A stretch of 24,000 nt of DNA. Origin: Ochrobactrum teleogrylli (GTDB lineage: Bacteria > Pseudomonadota > Alphaproteobacteria > Rhizobiales > Rhizobiaceae). Made by a program: the position numbers and the translations under genes. The notes below the pieces were generated by a model. The model was given only the letters and a program-made list of their open reading frames with translations. It had not been told where the DNA came from and did not search any database. The first letter of the stretch is position 1; every line of letters starts with the position of its first letter. Shown here piece after piece: positions 1 to 8,534 of this stretch. Location: positions 351,869-375,868 of the forward strand of contig NZ_VEWL01000001.1 in assembly GCF_006376685.1 (NCBI RefSeq), written 5' to 3'.

Positions 1-344
1 GCCGGATCGGCATCAAGCTCCGCGGCTTCGCGATAGCTCCGCGTGTCGTTCCAGAGAATGCAGGGGCGCAACACCTGATCCGTATCGTCCAGCAATGTCG
101 CACCATGCATCTGGCCGGAAAGGCCGATGCCCTTGATGGCTGCGAATTCTTTCGGATGAGCTTGCCGCAGGGCGTCGATGGCAGTTTCAGTCGCGCTGAT
201 CCATTGGGCGGGGTTCTGCTCGCTCCAGCCTGCATGCGGGCGCGAAACGTCCAACTCGCCATGGGCGGAACCGACAAGTCGCTGATTGTCGTCGATCAGA
301 AGTGCTTTGACGCCGGATGTTCCAAGATCGAGGCCGAGATACAT
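1..344 (-). CDS. xylB: Xylulokinase (FGGY carbohydrate kinase), N-terminal part. The gene runs off the window start.
   Basis: Reverse translation from the ATG at 344-342 gives MYLGLDLGTSGVKALLIDDNQ...HAGWSEQNPAQW...GLSGQMHGATLLD...LRPCILWNDTRS. This is collinear with the E. coli XylB N-terminus as I recall it. AGGAG lies a few nt upstream. The frame is open to position 1. It is absent from the ORF track because it has no stop in the window. Confidence 0.85.
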   Translation of the reverse strand, partial: MYLGLDLGTSGVKALLIDDNQRLVGSAHGELDVSRPHAGWSEQNPAQWISATETAIDALRQAHPKEFAAIKGIGLSGQMHGATLLDDTDQVLRPCILWNDTRSYREAAELDADP

Positions 345-380
345 GGTGGCTCCTGTCGGAATTTCACGATGGCCGATGGT

Positions 381-1412
381 TCAGCAGAACTGCGGCAGGT
401 TATCTTTGAGAAAGATTTCGATGCGGATATGTTCCTGTCCCGCAATGATCGGCAGACGATCTGCGGACGCTTTCAGGATGCGAATGGCGCTGCGGATTTC
501 ATGCCCGGCATCCTGTGCCAGAACGCCATGCACCAGCCCCTGTTCCAGCGCCTGCGAGGTGGCTTCATCGCGTTCATGGGCAATCACCAAAGGGCGTTTT
601 CCCTCATGGGTGGCGAGCGCGCGAAGCAGGCCGCCATTGCCAGCGCCGAGGCTGTAGATGCCTGCAATATCGCTGCGCTCGCGAAGGAGGGTGCGCACCA
701 GATTTTCCACGCGCACATCTTCGTCGAGGCCTTCAAGGGCGGGGAGGATGGAGCGTTCCTGAAAATCGCTTCGCATGGCGGAGGTGAAGCCATCGAAACG
801 TTCGCGATGATCGCGCACTTTCAACGAGCCGGTGAGAATGGCGATGACACCGTCTGTCCCATTCGCAAACAGGCCGAGAAGACGGGCCGCCGTACGTCCC
901 GCTGCAACATTGTCCACGCCGACATAATGTTCACGGGCGGAGTGGCCGAGGTCAGAAACCAGCGTCACGGCATGCACGCCGCTTGCGCGTAGCCGGTCAC
1001 AGGCTGCGCGAACCGGATCCGTATCGAGCGCGACAAAAGCCACACCATCCGGCTTACCAAGGGCGCTGGCGTCAAGTGCTGCGACCAGCGCAAGCTCGTC
1101 AAACGCCGGAACCAGAACGAGATTGATCGAGACACGCTCGGTCAGCGCGCGTTCGCTCGCAACAGCGATCTCTTCGCGAAGGCTGAGCATGAAGGTGTTG
1201 TCATTGTCGGGCACAATGAAATCGAAATGATAGAGTCGGCTGCGGGCCAGATTGGCGGCCCCCACATCGCGGACATAGCCAAGCGTATTCATTGCCTCCA
1301 TCACCCGTTCACGGGTTTTGGACCGGACGCCGGGGCGGTCGTTCAAAACGCGATCAACCGTGGCAAGGCTGACGCCTGCAGTGCGCGCTATATCATGAAC
1401 GGTAGGTTTCAT
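381..1412 (-). CDS. LacI-family transcriptional regulator (343 aa), upstream of and co-oriented with xylB
   Basis: The N-terminal HTH reads MKPTVHDIARTAGVSLATVDRVLNDRPGVRSKTRERV, followed by a periplasmic-binding-protein-like sugar-binding fold. I chose the ATG at 1412 (GGAGG upstream) rather than the track start at 1463, because homologues begin at the MKPT..HTH. Confidence 0.9.
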   Translation of the reverse strand: MKPTVHDIARTAGVSLATVDRVLNDRPGVRSKTRERVMEAMNTLGYVRDVGAANLARSRLYHFDFIVPDNDNTFMLSLREEIAVASERALTERVSINLVLVPAFDELALVAALDASALGKPDGVAFVALDTDPVRAACDRLRASGVHAVTLVSDLGHSAREHYVGVDNVAAGRTAARLLGLFANGTDGVIAILTGSLKVRDHRERFDGFTSAMRSDFQERSILPALEGLDEDVRVENLVRTLLRERSDIAGIYSLGAGNGGLLRALATHEGKRPLVIAHERDEATSQALEQGLVHGVLAQDAGHEIRSAIRILKASADRLPIIAGQEHIRIEIFLKDNLPQFC

Positions 1413-1483
1413 TCCTGCTCCTCCGCGCAAACCATAGGAGCAAAAATGAGGTACGTAAATCAAAAAATTTTAATTTCGATTTT

Positions 1484-1499
1484 TGTTGAGATATCAACA
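1484..1499. promoter_or_regulatory. Imperfect palindrome TGTTGAGATATCAACA, a candidate LacI-family operator
   Basis: 14 of 16 positions are self-complementary (arms TGTTGA/TCAACA). It sits in an AT-rich stretch about 70 nt upstream of the LacI-family gene start. Confidence 0.35.
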
Positions 1500-1560
1500 G
1501 GGTCGGGCGGTAATTTCGCGTTGGGCGAAGCAGATATGACGTAACGTGATGACGCAGATG

Positions 1561-1588
1561 CCAAAGGAAAGGGCGGCTTCAGCCGCCC
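1561..1588 (-). terminator. Rho-independent terminator after the small secreted-protein gene
   Basis: GGGCGGC-ttca-GCCGCCC stem-loop (1571-1588). On the minus strand it is followed by TTTCCTTTGG. It lies about 20 nt downstream of the stop at 1606. Confidence 0.5.
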
Positions 1589-1605
1589 GATCCGGTCTCT
1601 TGGAA

Positions 1606-1938
1606 TCAATCCCAATAGGGGCGCGGTCTGTAATGCCTTGGCCGGTCCCGATATCCGTCGCGCCAGTGATCGCGGCGCCAGTCTCTTGGCGGCGGCCCCC
1701 AGCCCCAGCGTGGTGGTGGCGGGCCCCATCCCCAACCGGGCGGCGGGGGTGGCGGACGGCGATATCGGGGAACACACACGCCGCGACGTGACATGCGCCA
1801 GCCGGGGCCGCACCAGTAATCCGCTTTCTGCACCAGCCCCGATTGCGCGGGCGCTTGCAGATTGCCGACCGGGTTGGCTTCGGCATTAAAGGCGAACACC
1901 GCCAGTGCCGCAGCTAAAGAAAGTACCGACACTCTCAT
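1606..1938 (-). CDS. Small secreted Pro/Trp/Gly/Arg-rich protein (110 aa)
   Basis: Signal peptide MRVSVLSLAAALAVFAFNAEA|NP. A two-Cys motif WCGPGWRMSRRGVCVP. Then RRPPPPPPGWGWGPPPPRWGWGPPPRDWRRD repeats. GGAGA RBS 5 nt upstream and a terminator downstream. It resembles the small CGPG...C.P prefix-plus-repeat secreted proteins of Rhizobiales (recollection, not verified). Confidence 0.6.
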   Translation of the reverse strand: MRVSVLSLAAALAVFAFNAEANPVGNLQAPAQSGLVQKADYWCGPGWRMSRRGVCVPRYRRPPPPPPGWGWGPPPPRWGWGPPPRDWRRDHWRDGYRDRPRHYRPRPYWD

Positions 1939-2057
1939 GTCGTTTCTCCATCTCGTTTAACGGCACCAGTCTGGTCTCCCAATTGGGACTATTCGCGGCA
2001 GCTGAAATCAATTTGCCTGTACGGCGGATATAATCACGCTACCAGTGAGGCACGCCA

Positions 2058-2813
2058 TTATTGCCCGCCCAACCGTTTCATCGTTTTCTTCAAGGTCGAA
2101 ATGCTTTGATATCCCGCTTCGACACTGGCAATGGCAAGCGGTATGCCCTCCGCACGTTTACGCATGACATGCGATACCCGCAGGCGCTGCCGCCATTCGA
2201 CAAAACTCATGCCGGTCTGGAGACGGAACTTGCGCGTCATGGTGCGGCGACTCATGCCGACTTCATCCGCCCAGTCGTCAATCGTGAGATCGAGACCGGG
2301 ATTATCCAGAAGGCTGCGACACAGCTTGCGCAACGGTTTATCGGTCGGCAGCGAAACGACATAGGGCTGTTCTTTCGCCGAGCGAACTTCGTCCAGAATA
2401 AGCGCTGTCAGATGCTGGCCGCGCCCGCGCTCATCATAGAGCACCGGTTCTTCGGCCAGAGCCTGCACGCTGGCGTCCAACAGGGGGGAAACTTTCAAAA
2501 CGCGCGTCGGCTCCCAATGATCGCGCAGGACCGATTCTTCAATAAAGACCGCATGCATTTCGACCGAGCCATAAATATCGACGCTGTGCGGCACATCGGG
2601 CGGCAGAAGCACGGCATAACCGCTCGGCAGCATGAAAGCGCCATCTTCGGTTTGCGCCGTCATATAGCCACTATTGCTATAGAGAAGCTCGCCGCGCCGG
2701 TGACTATGCCAGCCGGACGAGGCGCTTTTCTCATAGTCGCGCCGCATCACCGCCAGAGGGCGTGCGATGTCCTGATAGTCGATGGCATGTTTCGGTCGCG
2801 TGCGAATTTCCAT
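2058..2813 (-). CDS. AraC-family transcriptional regulator (cupin-like N-domain plus C-terminal HTH)
   Basis: 251 aa. N-terminal cupin-like WHSHRRGELLYS...PPDVPHS. C-terminal AraC HTH region LTIDDWADEVGMSRRTMTRKFRLQTGMSFVEWRQRLR. Divergent from a TonB-dependent siderophore receptor. Confidence 0.9.
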   Translation of the reverse strand: MEIRTRPKHAIDYQDIARPLAVMRRDYEKSASSGWHSHRRGELLYSNSGYMTAQTEDGAFMLPSGYAVLLPPDVPHSVDIYGSVEMHAVFIEESVLRDHWEPTRVLKVSPLLDASVQALAEEPVLYDERGRGQHLTALILDEVRSAKEQPYVVSLPTDKPLRKLCRSLLDNPGLDLTIDDWADEVGMSRRTMTRKFRLQTGMSFVEWRQRLRVSHVMRKRAEGIPLAIASVEAGYQSISTLKKTMKRLGGQ

Positions 2814-2825
2814 TTTGGCCCAATT

Positions 2826-2840
2826 TGACTGAAATTGTCA
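2826..2840. promoter_or_regulatory. TGA-N9-TCA element (TGACTGAAATTGTCA), an IRO/RirA-box-like site
   Basis: Matches the TGA-N9-TCA iron-responsive operator pattern described for rhizobial RirA regulons, with extended 4-bp inverted arms TGAC/GTCA. It lies 13 nt upstream of the AraC-family start codon. Confidence 0.3.
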
Positions 2841-2950
2841 TATTTAAATGGAATTGCAAAATTTTGACCCGAATGCAACCAAGATTGGCCTGACTCACCA
2901 AACTGTCCCGAATATATTCGCTCGCGCAACGCATTGATATGTGTGAGTAA

Positions 2951-2974
2951 ATTAGAATTATTCTGAATTCTGAA
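2951..2974. promoter_or_regulatory. ICE/Irr-box-like site ATTAGAA-TTA-TTCTGAA followed by a tandem TTCTGAA
   Basis: 12 of 14 match to the Iron Control Element consensus TTTAGAA-N3-TTCTAAA. The right half-site is directly duplicated (TTCTGAATTCTGAA, 2961-2974). It lies just upstream of a possible -35 TTGCGC, about 90 nt upstream of the receptor start. Confidence 0.4.
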
Positions 2975-3064
2975 CTTGCGCAACAATAAAAAATAATCGC
3001 TATAGCCGCTGCTTTGATGGGCTGCGGACAGTAGCCGTTTTGCAGGAACGGCAGGAGAACAGAG

Positions 3065-5269
3065 TTGAAGACCAGCAGGGACACCGTGCGCAATACAGAT
3101 CGCATTCACAACAGCAGACGCGCCGGATCGCTGCTCAAAACCGTGCTTCTCGCTAGCGTGGCGCTTGGCGCTGTGGCCGTTCCGGCATTGGCCCAGGACA
3201 CGGGCGTCATTCAGCTCAACACCATCGAGGTGCAGACCTCCGGTGACAAAGGGCCACGCGTTCCCGTCGAGGGCTATATTGCTGAATATAGCCGCGCCGC
3301 CACCAAGAGCGACACGCCGATCCGCGAAACACCGCAGTCGATTTCCGTTGTCACGCGCGACAATATGAATGATCGCGCCGTCTCGTCGGTGAGTGAAGCA
3401 CTGTTGTACAGTGCCAATGTGAACGGTCAGCGTTATGGCGCGGATGTGCGCTCGGATTATTATACCATTCGTGGTTTCCCGGCTGATCTCTATCTTGATG
3501 GCATCCGTATTCCGCAGATAGCCAACCAGACCGGCGGTTATTCGGGCTTCGTGGTCGAACCCTATTCGCTCGAAAGCGTGGAAGTTCTGCGCGGTCCAAG
3601 TTCCGCGCTGTTTGGCCAGAGCAATGTCGGCGGTATCGTCAATATGGTCAGCAAGCAGCCGCAGGCCGAGGCATCCAATGAGGTCTATCTGCGTGGCGGC
3701 AGTTTCCAGCGCAAGGAATTCGGCTTCGATCTGACGGGGCCGATCAACAACGACCCGCGTTTCACCTATCGCCTGAACGGCATGATCCGCGATGCCGACA
3801 CGTCCTACGATCTGGGCAAGAACAACCGTATTGCCATCAATCCGAGCTTCGCCTGGCGTCCGGATGCGGATACCAGCCTGATTGTTTCGGGCGGTTATCT
3901 CAAGGATGATTTGGGACAGGCGGGCGTGATCGTTCCGGCCTATGGCAGCGTGCTGCCGAACCCGACCGGCCAGAGTATTCCGCGTGATTTCACCGATGGC
4001 GATCCGCGCATCGCGACCTATAAGAAGGAAATCGGTTACGTTGGCTATCAGTTCGAGCATCGCTTCAACGACACGTTCACGCTGCGCCAGAACTTCCGCT
4101 ATTCGCATCTGAAGACCGATTATCGCAACCTGTTTGCGGGCGTGCTGCCGACCAGTGGCTGGAATGGCAGAACGCTGCCGCGCACCAATTATCTGGCACA
4201 GCCCGAACTCGATTCAATTGCCTTCGACACGCAGCTTGAATCGCGCTTCGATACCGGCCCTCTGGAGCACACTTTGCTGGTCGGCGTTGATCAGCAATGG
4301 CAGCGCCTCGACAATTATACTGGCTCGGCGGCTGGTCCGTCGCAGGACCTGTTCAACCCGACCTTCAATCAGCCGCTGACGCCGGTGAAGGCGACGACGC
4401 GTCTTCTGCAAAACCAGTATCAGACCGGCATTTATGTGCAGGATCAGATCGAAGCAGGCAATCTGCGCGTGACGCTCGGCGGTCGCAAGGACTTTGTGAA
4501 GGTCGATTCCGAACAGACGACGCTCTCGACAGGTCGTAGCGTCGACTATGAGCAGGACCCTGAAAAGTTCACGGGCCGTGCGGGCATAGCCTATGTCTTT
4601 GACAGTGGCTTTGTGCCTTATGCGCTCTATTCGACGTCCTTCCTGCCGACGCTGACGCTGGCGGATACGCCGCTCAAGCCGACCACGGGCACGTTGAAGG
4701 AAGTGGGCATTAAATACGCCCCGGAAGGCGCGAATTACAGCGTTACGCTTTCGGCCTTCGAAGCTGAACAGCAGAATGTCGTCAATCGTATTTCCGGCGT
4801 CTACTATCAGACGGACGAAGTGCGCGTGCGTGGCGTCGAGCTGGAAGGCACGGCCCAATTGTGGGATCGCCTGAACCTGACGGCTGCCATGAGCTTCCAG
4901 GACCCGGAAGTCAGCGAAAGCCAGACGCCTGCCCAGATTGGCAAGCTGCCTTATACCGTGCCGAAGGATCAGCAGTCGTTGTTCGTCAGCTATAATGTGC
5001 CGCTGCCGGATAACCTCAAGGGCGATCTCGTTCTTGGCGGCGGTGTACGACGCATCGGCAAGACCGCTGGCGATACGCTGAACACGTTCTTCGTGCCGTC
5101 CTACACGCTGGTGGATGCCTTCCTGCGCTATGATCTTGGCAACTATCGCCTTCAGGTGAATGCCTATAATCTCGGCGACAAGAAATATGTGGCGGGCTGC
5201 AATTCGACCAGCCAGTGCTATTACGGTCAGGGCCGCTCCATCGTGGCGACAACGAGTGTGAAATGGTAG
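3065..5269 (+). CDS. TonB-dependent siderophore receptor (FhuA/FhuE-like), 734 aa
   Basis: TTG start with AGGAGA RBS. Signal peptide ending ALA|QD. TonB box IQLNTIEVQ. Plug-domain motifs (RETPQSISVVT, VEVLRGPSSALFG). A long beta-barrel ending in the terminal aromatic residue ...TTSVKW. Confidence 0.92.
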   Translation: MKTSRDTVRNTDRIHNSRRAGSLLKTVLLASVALGAVAVPALAQDTGVIQLNTIEVQTSGDKGPRVPVEGYIAEYSRAATKSDTPIRETPQSISVVTRDNMNDRAVSSVSEALLYSANVNGQRYGADVRSDYYTIRGFPADLYLDGIRIPQIANQTGGYSGFVVEPYSLESVEVLRGPSSALFGQSNVGGIVNMVSKQPQAEASNEVYLRGGSFQRKEFGFDLTGPINNDPRFTYRLNGMIRDADTSYDLGKNNRIAINPSFAWRPDADTSLIVSGGYLKDDLGQAGVIVPAYGSVLPNPTGQSIPRDFTDGDPRIATYKKEIGYVGYQFEHRFNDTFTLRQNFRYSHLKTDYRNLFAGVLPTSGWNGRTLPRTNYLAQPELDSIAFDTQLESRFDTGPLEHTLLVGVDQQWQRLDNYTGSAAGPSQDLFNPTFNQPLTPVKATTRLLQNQYQTGIYVQDQIEAGNLRVTLGGRKDFVKVDSEQTTLSTGRSVDYEQDPEKFTGRAGIAYVFDSGFVPYALYSTSFLPTLTLADTPLKPTTGTLKEVGIKYAPEGANYSVTLSAFEAEQQNVVNRISGVYYQTDEVRVRGVELEGTAQLWDRLNLTAAMSFQDPEVSESQTPAQIGKLPYTVPKDQQSLFVSYNVPLPDNLKGDLVLGGGVRRIGKTAGDTLNTFFVPSYTLVDAFLRYDLGNYRLQVNAYNLGDKKYVAGCNSTSQCYYGQGRSIVATTSVKW

Positions 5270-6129
5270 TGAGTTTCTCACGACGTGAATTTTTTGTGGG
5301 GGCGGCTTTGGCCGCCCTTATGTCTTCTGTTCGGGCCGAGACGCCGCGTAAGGTTGTCACGCTCGAATGGGCGGAAACGGAAATTGCTTTGTCGCTCGGC
5401 ATTCGCCCTCTGGGCGTTGCCGATCTGGCGGGCTATCGCCAGTGGGTCAATATCGAGAATGACGGGCTTGCCGATGCGGCCGATGTGGGTGGACGGCAGC
5501 AGCCGAGCCTTGAAGCGCTAACACGGCTGAAACCAGACCTGATCCTCACATCGGCGTTGCGCCATAAGGCGATTGCCGATCGCCTCAAGGCGATTGCACC
5601 GACGGTGCTGCTCGACGGCGCATCCGATAGCGCCGATCTCTTGCAGAATATGAAATCAAATCTTGCTGTTGCCGCAAGTGCTCTGCAATGCGAGGCGGAA
5701 GGCAGGGCCGCGTGGCAATCTTTCGAATACGGCCTGTCGGCAGCGCGGGCGAAACTATCCGGCCCATTGCCTGTCGTGATTGCACAGCCTTTGCCCGGTG
5801 TGGCGCGATTGAGAATATTCACGACCAATTCTGCCGTGATGAAAACGATGGTGCAAGCTGGCTTCTCGGAAGCAGTCGACCGCGGCGTGCAGCCCTTTGG
5901 TTTTACGACATTCGGGTTGGAAGAGCTTGCCACGCTAGCGCCGGAGACACGGCTTTGCCTGTTGGATGATGCGACGCCGAAGGAACTGACGGAAAGCGCA
6001 ATCTGGCCGGTCCTGCCTGTGGTCAGCGCTGGTCATATTTATCATCTCGGAGGCGATATTTGGCCTTTTGGCTCGACACGCTCCATGACGCGGCTGGTTG
6101 AGCGGACGTTAGCGGCGTTAACTGCCTGA
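5263..6129 (+). CDS. Periplasmic iron-siderophore ABC substrate-binding protein (FhuD/FecB-like) with a Tat-type signal
   Basis: I chose the start ATG at 5263 (MVVSFSRREFFVGAALAALMSSVRA|ETP, twin-arginine motif). It overlaps the receptor stop (ATGGTAG). PRKVVTLEWAETEIALSLGIRPLGVAD and KPDLILTS are typical of cluster-8 siderophore-binding proteins. Confidence 0.8.
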   Translation: MVVSFSRREFFVGAALAALMSSVRAETPRKVVTLEWAETEIALSLGIRPLGVADLAGYRQWVNIENDGLADAADVGGRQQPSLEALTRLKPDLILTSALRHKAIADRLKAIAPTVLLDGASDSADLLQNMKSNLAVAASALQCEAEGRAAWQSFEYGLSAARAKLSGPLPVVIAQPLPGVARLRIFTTNSAVMKTMVQAGFSEAVDRGVQPFGFTTFGLEELATLAPETRLCLLDDATPKELTESAIWPVLPVVSAGHIYHLGGDIWPFGSTRSMTRLVERTLAALTA

Positions 6130-6138
6130 CATATGAGA

Positions 6139-6163
6139 AAAGCCCCGGTTGAACCGGGGCTTT
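6139..6163. terminator. Bidirectional rho-independent terminator between convergent genes
   Basis: AAAGCCCCGG-ttgaa-CCGGGGCTTT perfect 10-bp stem. T-run on the plus strand (TTTGTTGTTT) and A-run on the other side. It lies between the binding-protein stop (6129) and the acoC-like stop (6170). Confidence 0.7.
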
Positions 6164-6169
6164 GTTGTT

Positions 6170-7531
6170 TCAGGCAACGGCGCGGATGCATTCGCCAAGA
6201 ATACGCAGTACTTCGGCGCGTTCCTCGATTTGCGGCATATGTCCGCAACGCTGGAAGATATGCACGCCGACTTTTCCGGGCAGCCCATGGGCGTGGCTGA
6301 CGGGAATGATCCGATCTTCCGCACCGAAGATCAGCCGCACAGGGATCGGCAATCCGGCTATGGTTGACCGCAGATCGAAGGTCTGCGTGCCATCGGTGAA
6401 GAACCGTTCCGCAATCGCGCTTTGCGCGGCGCGCAATTCGGTATCAGCGGCTTGGGCAACCGTGGCATTGATGAAAGGCCGCGTGAGCAGGCTTTCGTCG
6501 CTGACCAGCAGTTTCAGCCAAGGGATGATGCTCGCTTCGCTTTTGGCGGCGATCAGGCCCTTGGTGAAGGCGCCGTTGATTTCAGGGCCGAGACCGGCGG
6601 ACGAAATCAGCACCAGCGAGCGCACATCCACGATGCCGCGTGCGGCAACGGTCGCCGCAACGCCACCACCAAAGGAATGACCGCCAAGCACGCAGGCGTT
6701 CACGCCAACGGCGGCAAGTGTGGCTTCAACGGCCTCGGCGATCACATCGACGCTCTCCGGCACCGTGCGCGTGGAAGCACCGTGTCCGGGAAGGTCAAGC
6801 GCCAGAACCGGATGGCCGAGTGTTGCCCCTGCGAACAGGCCGCGCCATGAATTGAGGTCGGCGGCGAAACCGTGAATTAGGACAACAGGCAGTTTTCCGG
6901 CTTCACCCTCACGCAGCCAGACTGCATTGAGCGGTGCAGCGGAACCGGCGGTAGGTCTTCGTGCGGGGGGTGCAACCGGTTGGCTTACAGCGCCAGCCGC
7001 AACCGCAGCTTGGGCAGAGCCAATCTTCGCCTCGACATCCTTTTTCTGGACGCGTCCCTTGGGGCCGGAACCTGCAATCGCCTCAAGATCGATGCCAGCC
7101 TCCCGGGCCAGCCGGCGTGCAAGCGGCGTTGCACGCACGGCTGTGTCCTGAGCGGTAGCAGCTTGGGAGGTAGAAACGACCGGTTCGACAGGTGGGGGGC
7201 CATCCTCCCGAACCGGTACTGGCGCGCTCTGCGAGGGAGCAGGCTGCGCATCGGCGGGGCGCTCAACGGATGGTGGTGCTTTGCGCTCTTCGCCTTCTTC
7301 GTAAATCCACGCGACAGCCTGACCGACTGGCACAACAGTGCCCTCGGCGGCGCTCACATCTGCAAGAATGCCGCTGGCCGGTGCGTCCACTTCCATGGCC
7401 GCCTTGTCGGTTTCGATTTCGAACAGGAGCTGACCCTTCGTGACGGTATCGCCATCCTTGGCATACCAGCGCGAAATCTGGCCGGTCTCCATATCCATGT
7501 CGACTTTCGGCAGGATGACTTCCACTGCCAT
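6170..7531 (-). CDS. acoC: AcoC-type E2 component: lipoyl domain, E3-binding (PSBD) domain and alpha/beta-hydrolase domain
   Basis: Lipoyl domain [55 protein letters not shown]. The C-terminus is not a 2-oxoacid acyltransferase domain. It is an alpha/beta hydrolase ([13 protein letters not shown], nucleophile elbow GHSFGG, C-terminal GHMPQ), as in AcoC of acetoin dehydrogenase systems. Confidence 0.85.
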   Translation of the reverse strand: MAVEVILPKVDMDMETGQISRWYAKDGDTVTKGQLLFEIETDKAAMEVDAPASGILADVSAAEGTVVPVGQAVAWIYEEGEERKAPPSVERPADAQPAPSQSAPVPVREDGPPPVEPVVSTSQAATAQDTAVRATPLARRLAREAGIDLEAIAGSGPKGRVQKKDVEAKIGSAQAAVAAGAVSQPVAPPARRPTAGSAAPLNAVWLREGEAGKLPVVLIHGFAADLNSWRGLFAGATLGHPVLALDLPGHGASTRTVPESVDVIAEAVEATLAAVGVNACVLGGHSFGGGVAATVAARGIVDVRSLVLISSAGLGPEINGAFTKGLIAAKSEASIIPWLKLLVSDESLLTRPFINATVAQAADTELRAAQSAIAERFFTDGTQTFDLRSTIAGLPIPVRLIFGAEDRIIPVSHAHGLPGKVGVHIFQRCGHMPQIEERAEVLRILGECIRAVA

Positions 7532-7533
7532 GG

Positions 7534-8532
7534 TCAGCGCACTCCCCTGGCAAGATCGCGGGCGCTTTTGAGAATGTCCGGCACCTGCGGCACGGTCGCG
7601 CGTTCAAGATCGGGATTGTAAGGGATCGGCGTCTCGGCGCCGCCAAGGCGGACAATCGGGGCGTCGAGATAATCGAAAGCATCGCTTTCGGCGACGATTG
7701 CAGAGATTTCCGCGCCGATGCCGAGTGTTTTCACAGCTTCATAGACGCAAAGCAGCTTCGAGGTTTTCTTGACGCTTCTGATGATCGTGTCGCGATCAAT
7801 TGGGCGCACGGTGCGCAGATCGATGACTTCGACGTCGATGCCTTCCTTGGCCAGTTCTGCCGCCGCATCCAGCGCCTTGTGCACCATAATTGCGGTCGCG
7901 ACGATGGTGAGATCACGGCCCTCGCGCACCACATCGGCCTTGCCGATGGGAACGGTATAATAGCCTTCCGGCACTGGCCCCTTCATCTTGTAGAGCAGCT
8001 TGTGCTCAAAAATCATCACCGGGTCGGGGTCTTCGACGGCTGCAAGCAACATGCCCTTGGCGTCATGCGGGGTGGAAGGCTGCAGGACCTTCAGGCCGGG
8101 CACATGGCCGAGCCAGGCTTCAAGGCTCTGGCTGTGCTGTGCGGCGGCGCCCGTGCCGGAACCGGCAGGAAAGCGCATGACCAGCGGCACCGAAACCGCG
8201 CCACCCAGCATATAGCGGATTTTTGCGGCCTGATTGACGATCTGCTCCATGGCGAGCGCAGCAAAATCGGAAAACTGGAATTCGAAAATCGGGCGCATGC
8301 CGGTCAGCGCTGCACCGACGGCGACGCCCGCACCGCCCAGTTCAGAAATCGGCGTGTCCATGACGCGGTCTTCGCCGAAGCGATGCACGAGATCGCCGGT
8401 TACCTGAAACGCGCCGCCATAGACGCCGATGTCCTCGCCCATCAGGAAAACACGGTCGTCGCGCTCCATGGCAATCGCCATGGCTTCCTGAATGGCTTGC
8501 GAATAGCTCAACTCGCGGATGGTGGTGTCCAT
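7534..8532 (-). CDS. acoB: Thiamine-diphosphate-dependent dehydrogenase E1 beta subunit (AcoB-like)
   Basis: 332 aa. Transketolase-like pyrimidine-binding and C-terminal domains ([31 protein letters not shown]). A 2-nt gap to both neighbours indicates an operon. Confidence 0.9.
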   Translation of the reverse strand: MDTTIRELSYSQAIQEAMAIAMERDDRVFLMGEDIGVYGGAFQVTGDLVHRFGEDRVMDTPISELGGAGVAVGAALTGMRPIFEFQFSDFAALAMEQIVNQAAKIRYMLGGAVSVPLVMRFPAGSGTGAAAQHSQSLEAWLGHVPGLKVLQPSTPHDAKGMLLAAVEDPDPVMIFEHKLLYKMKGPVPEGYYTVPIGKADVVREGRDLTIVATAIMVHKALDAAAELAKEGIDVEVIDLRTVRPIDRDTIIRSVKKTSKLLCVYEAVKTLGIGAEISAIVAESDAFDYLDAPIVRLGGAETPIPYNPDLERATVPQVPDILKSARDLARGVR

Positions 8533-8534
8533 GA

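Noticed and set aside
105-992. 295-aa ORF on the plus strand, plus smaller plus-strand ORFs at 286-657 and 515-787
   Set aside because: They are antisense to xylB and the LacI-family regulator, whose reverse-strand translations carry unmistakable family motifs.
2747-4108. 453-aa ORF on the minus strand
   Set aside because: It is entirely antisense to the well-supported TonB-dependent receptor. It has an Ala/Arg/Gly/Ile-rich low-information composition typical of shadow frames in GC-rich DNA. It has no RBS and no recognisable motif.
4214-5281. 355-aa ORF on the minus strand
   Set aside because: It is antisense to the receptor beta-barrel region. It is Arg-rich, as expected for a shadow frame.
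6170-7531. Annotation as an ordinary pyruvate or 2-oxoglutarate dehydrogenase E2
   Set aside because: The C-terminal half lacks the acyltransferase domain (no DHR..DG-type catalytic motif seen). It is instead an alpha/beta hydrolase fold, so it is the AcoC type.
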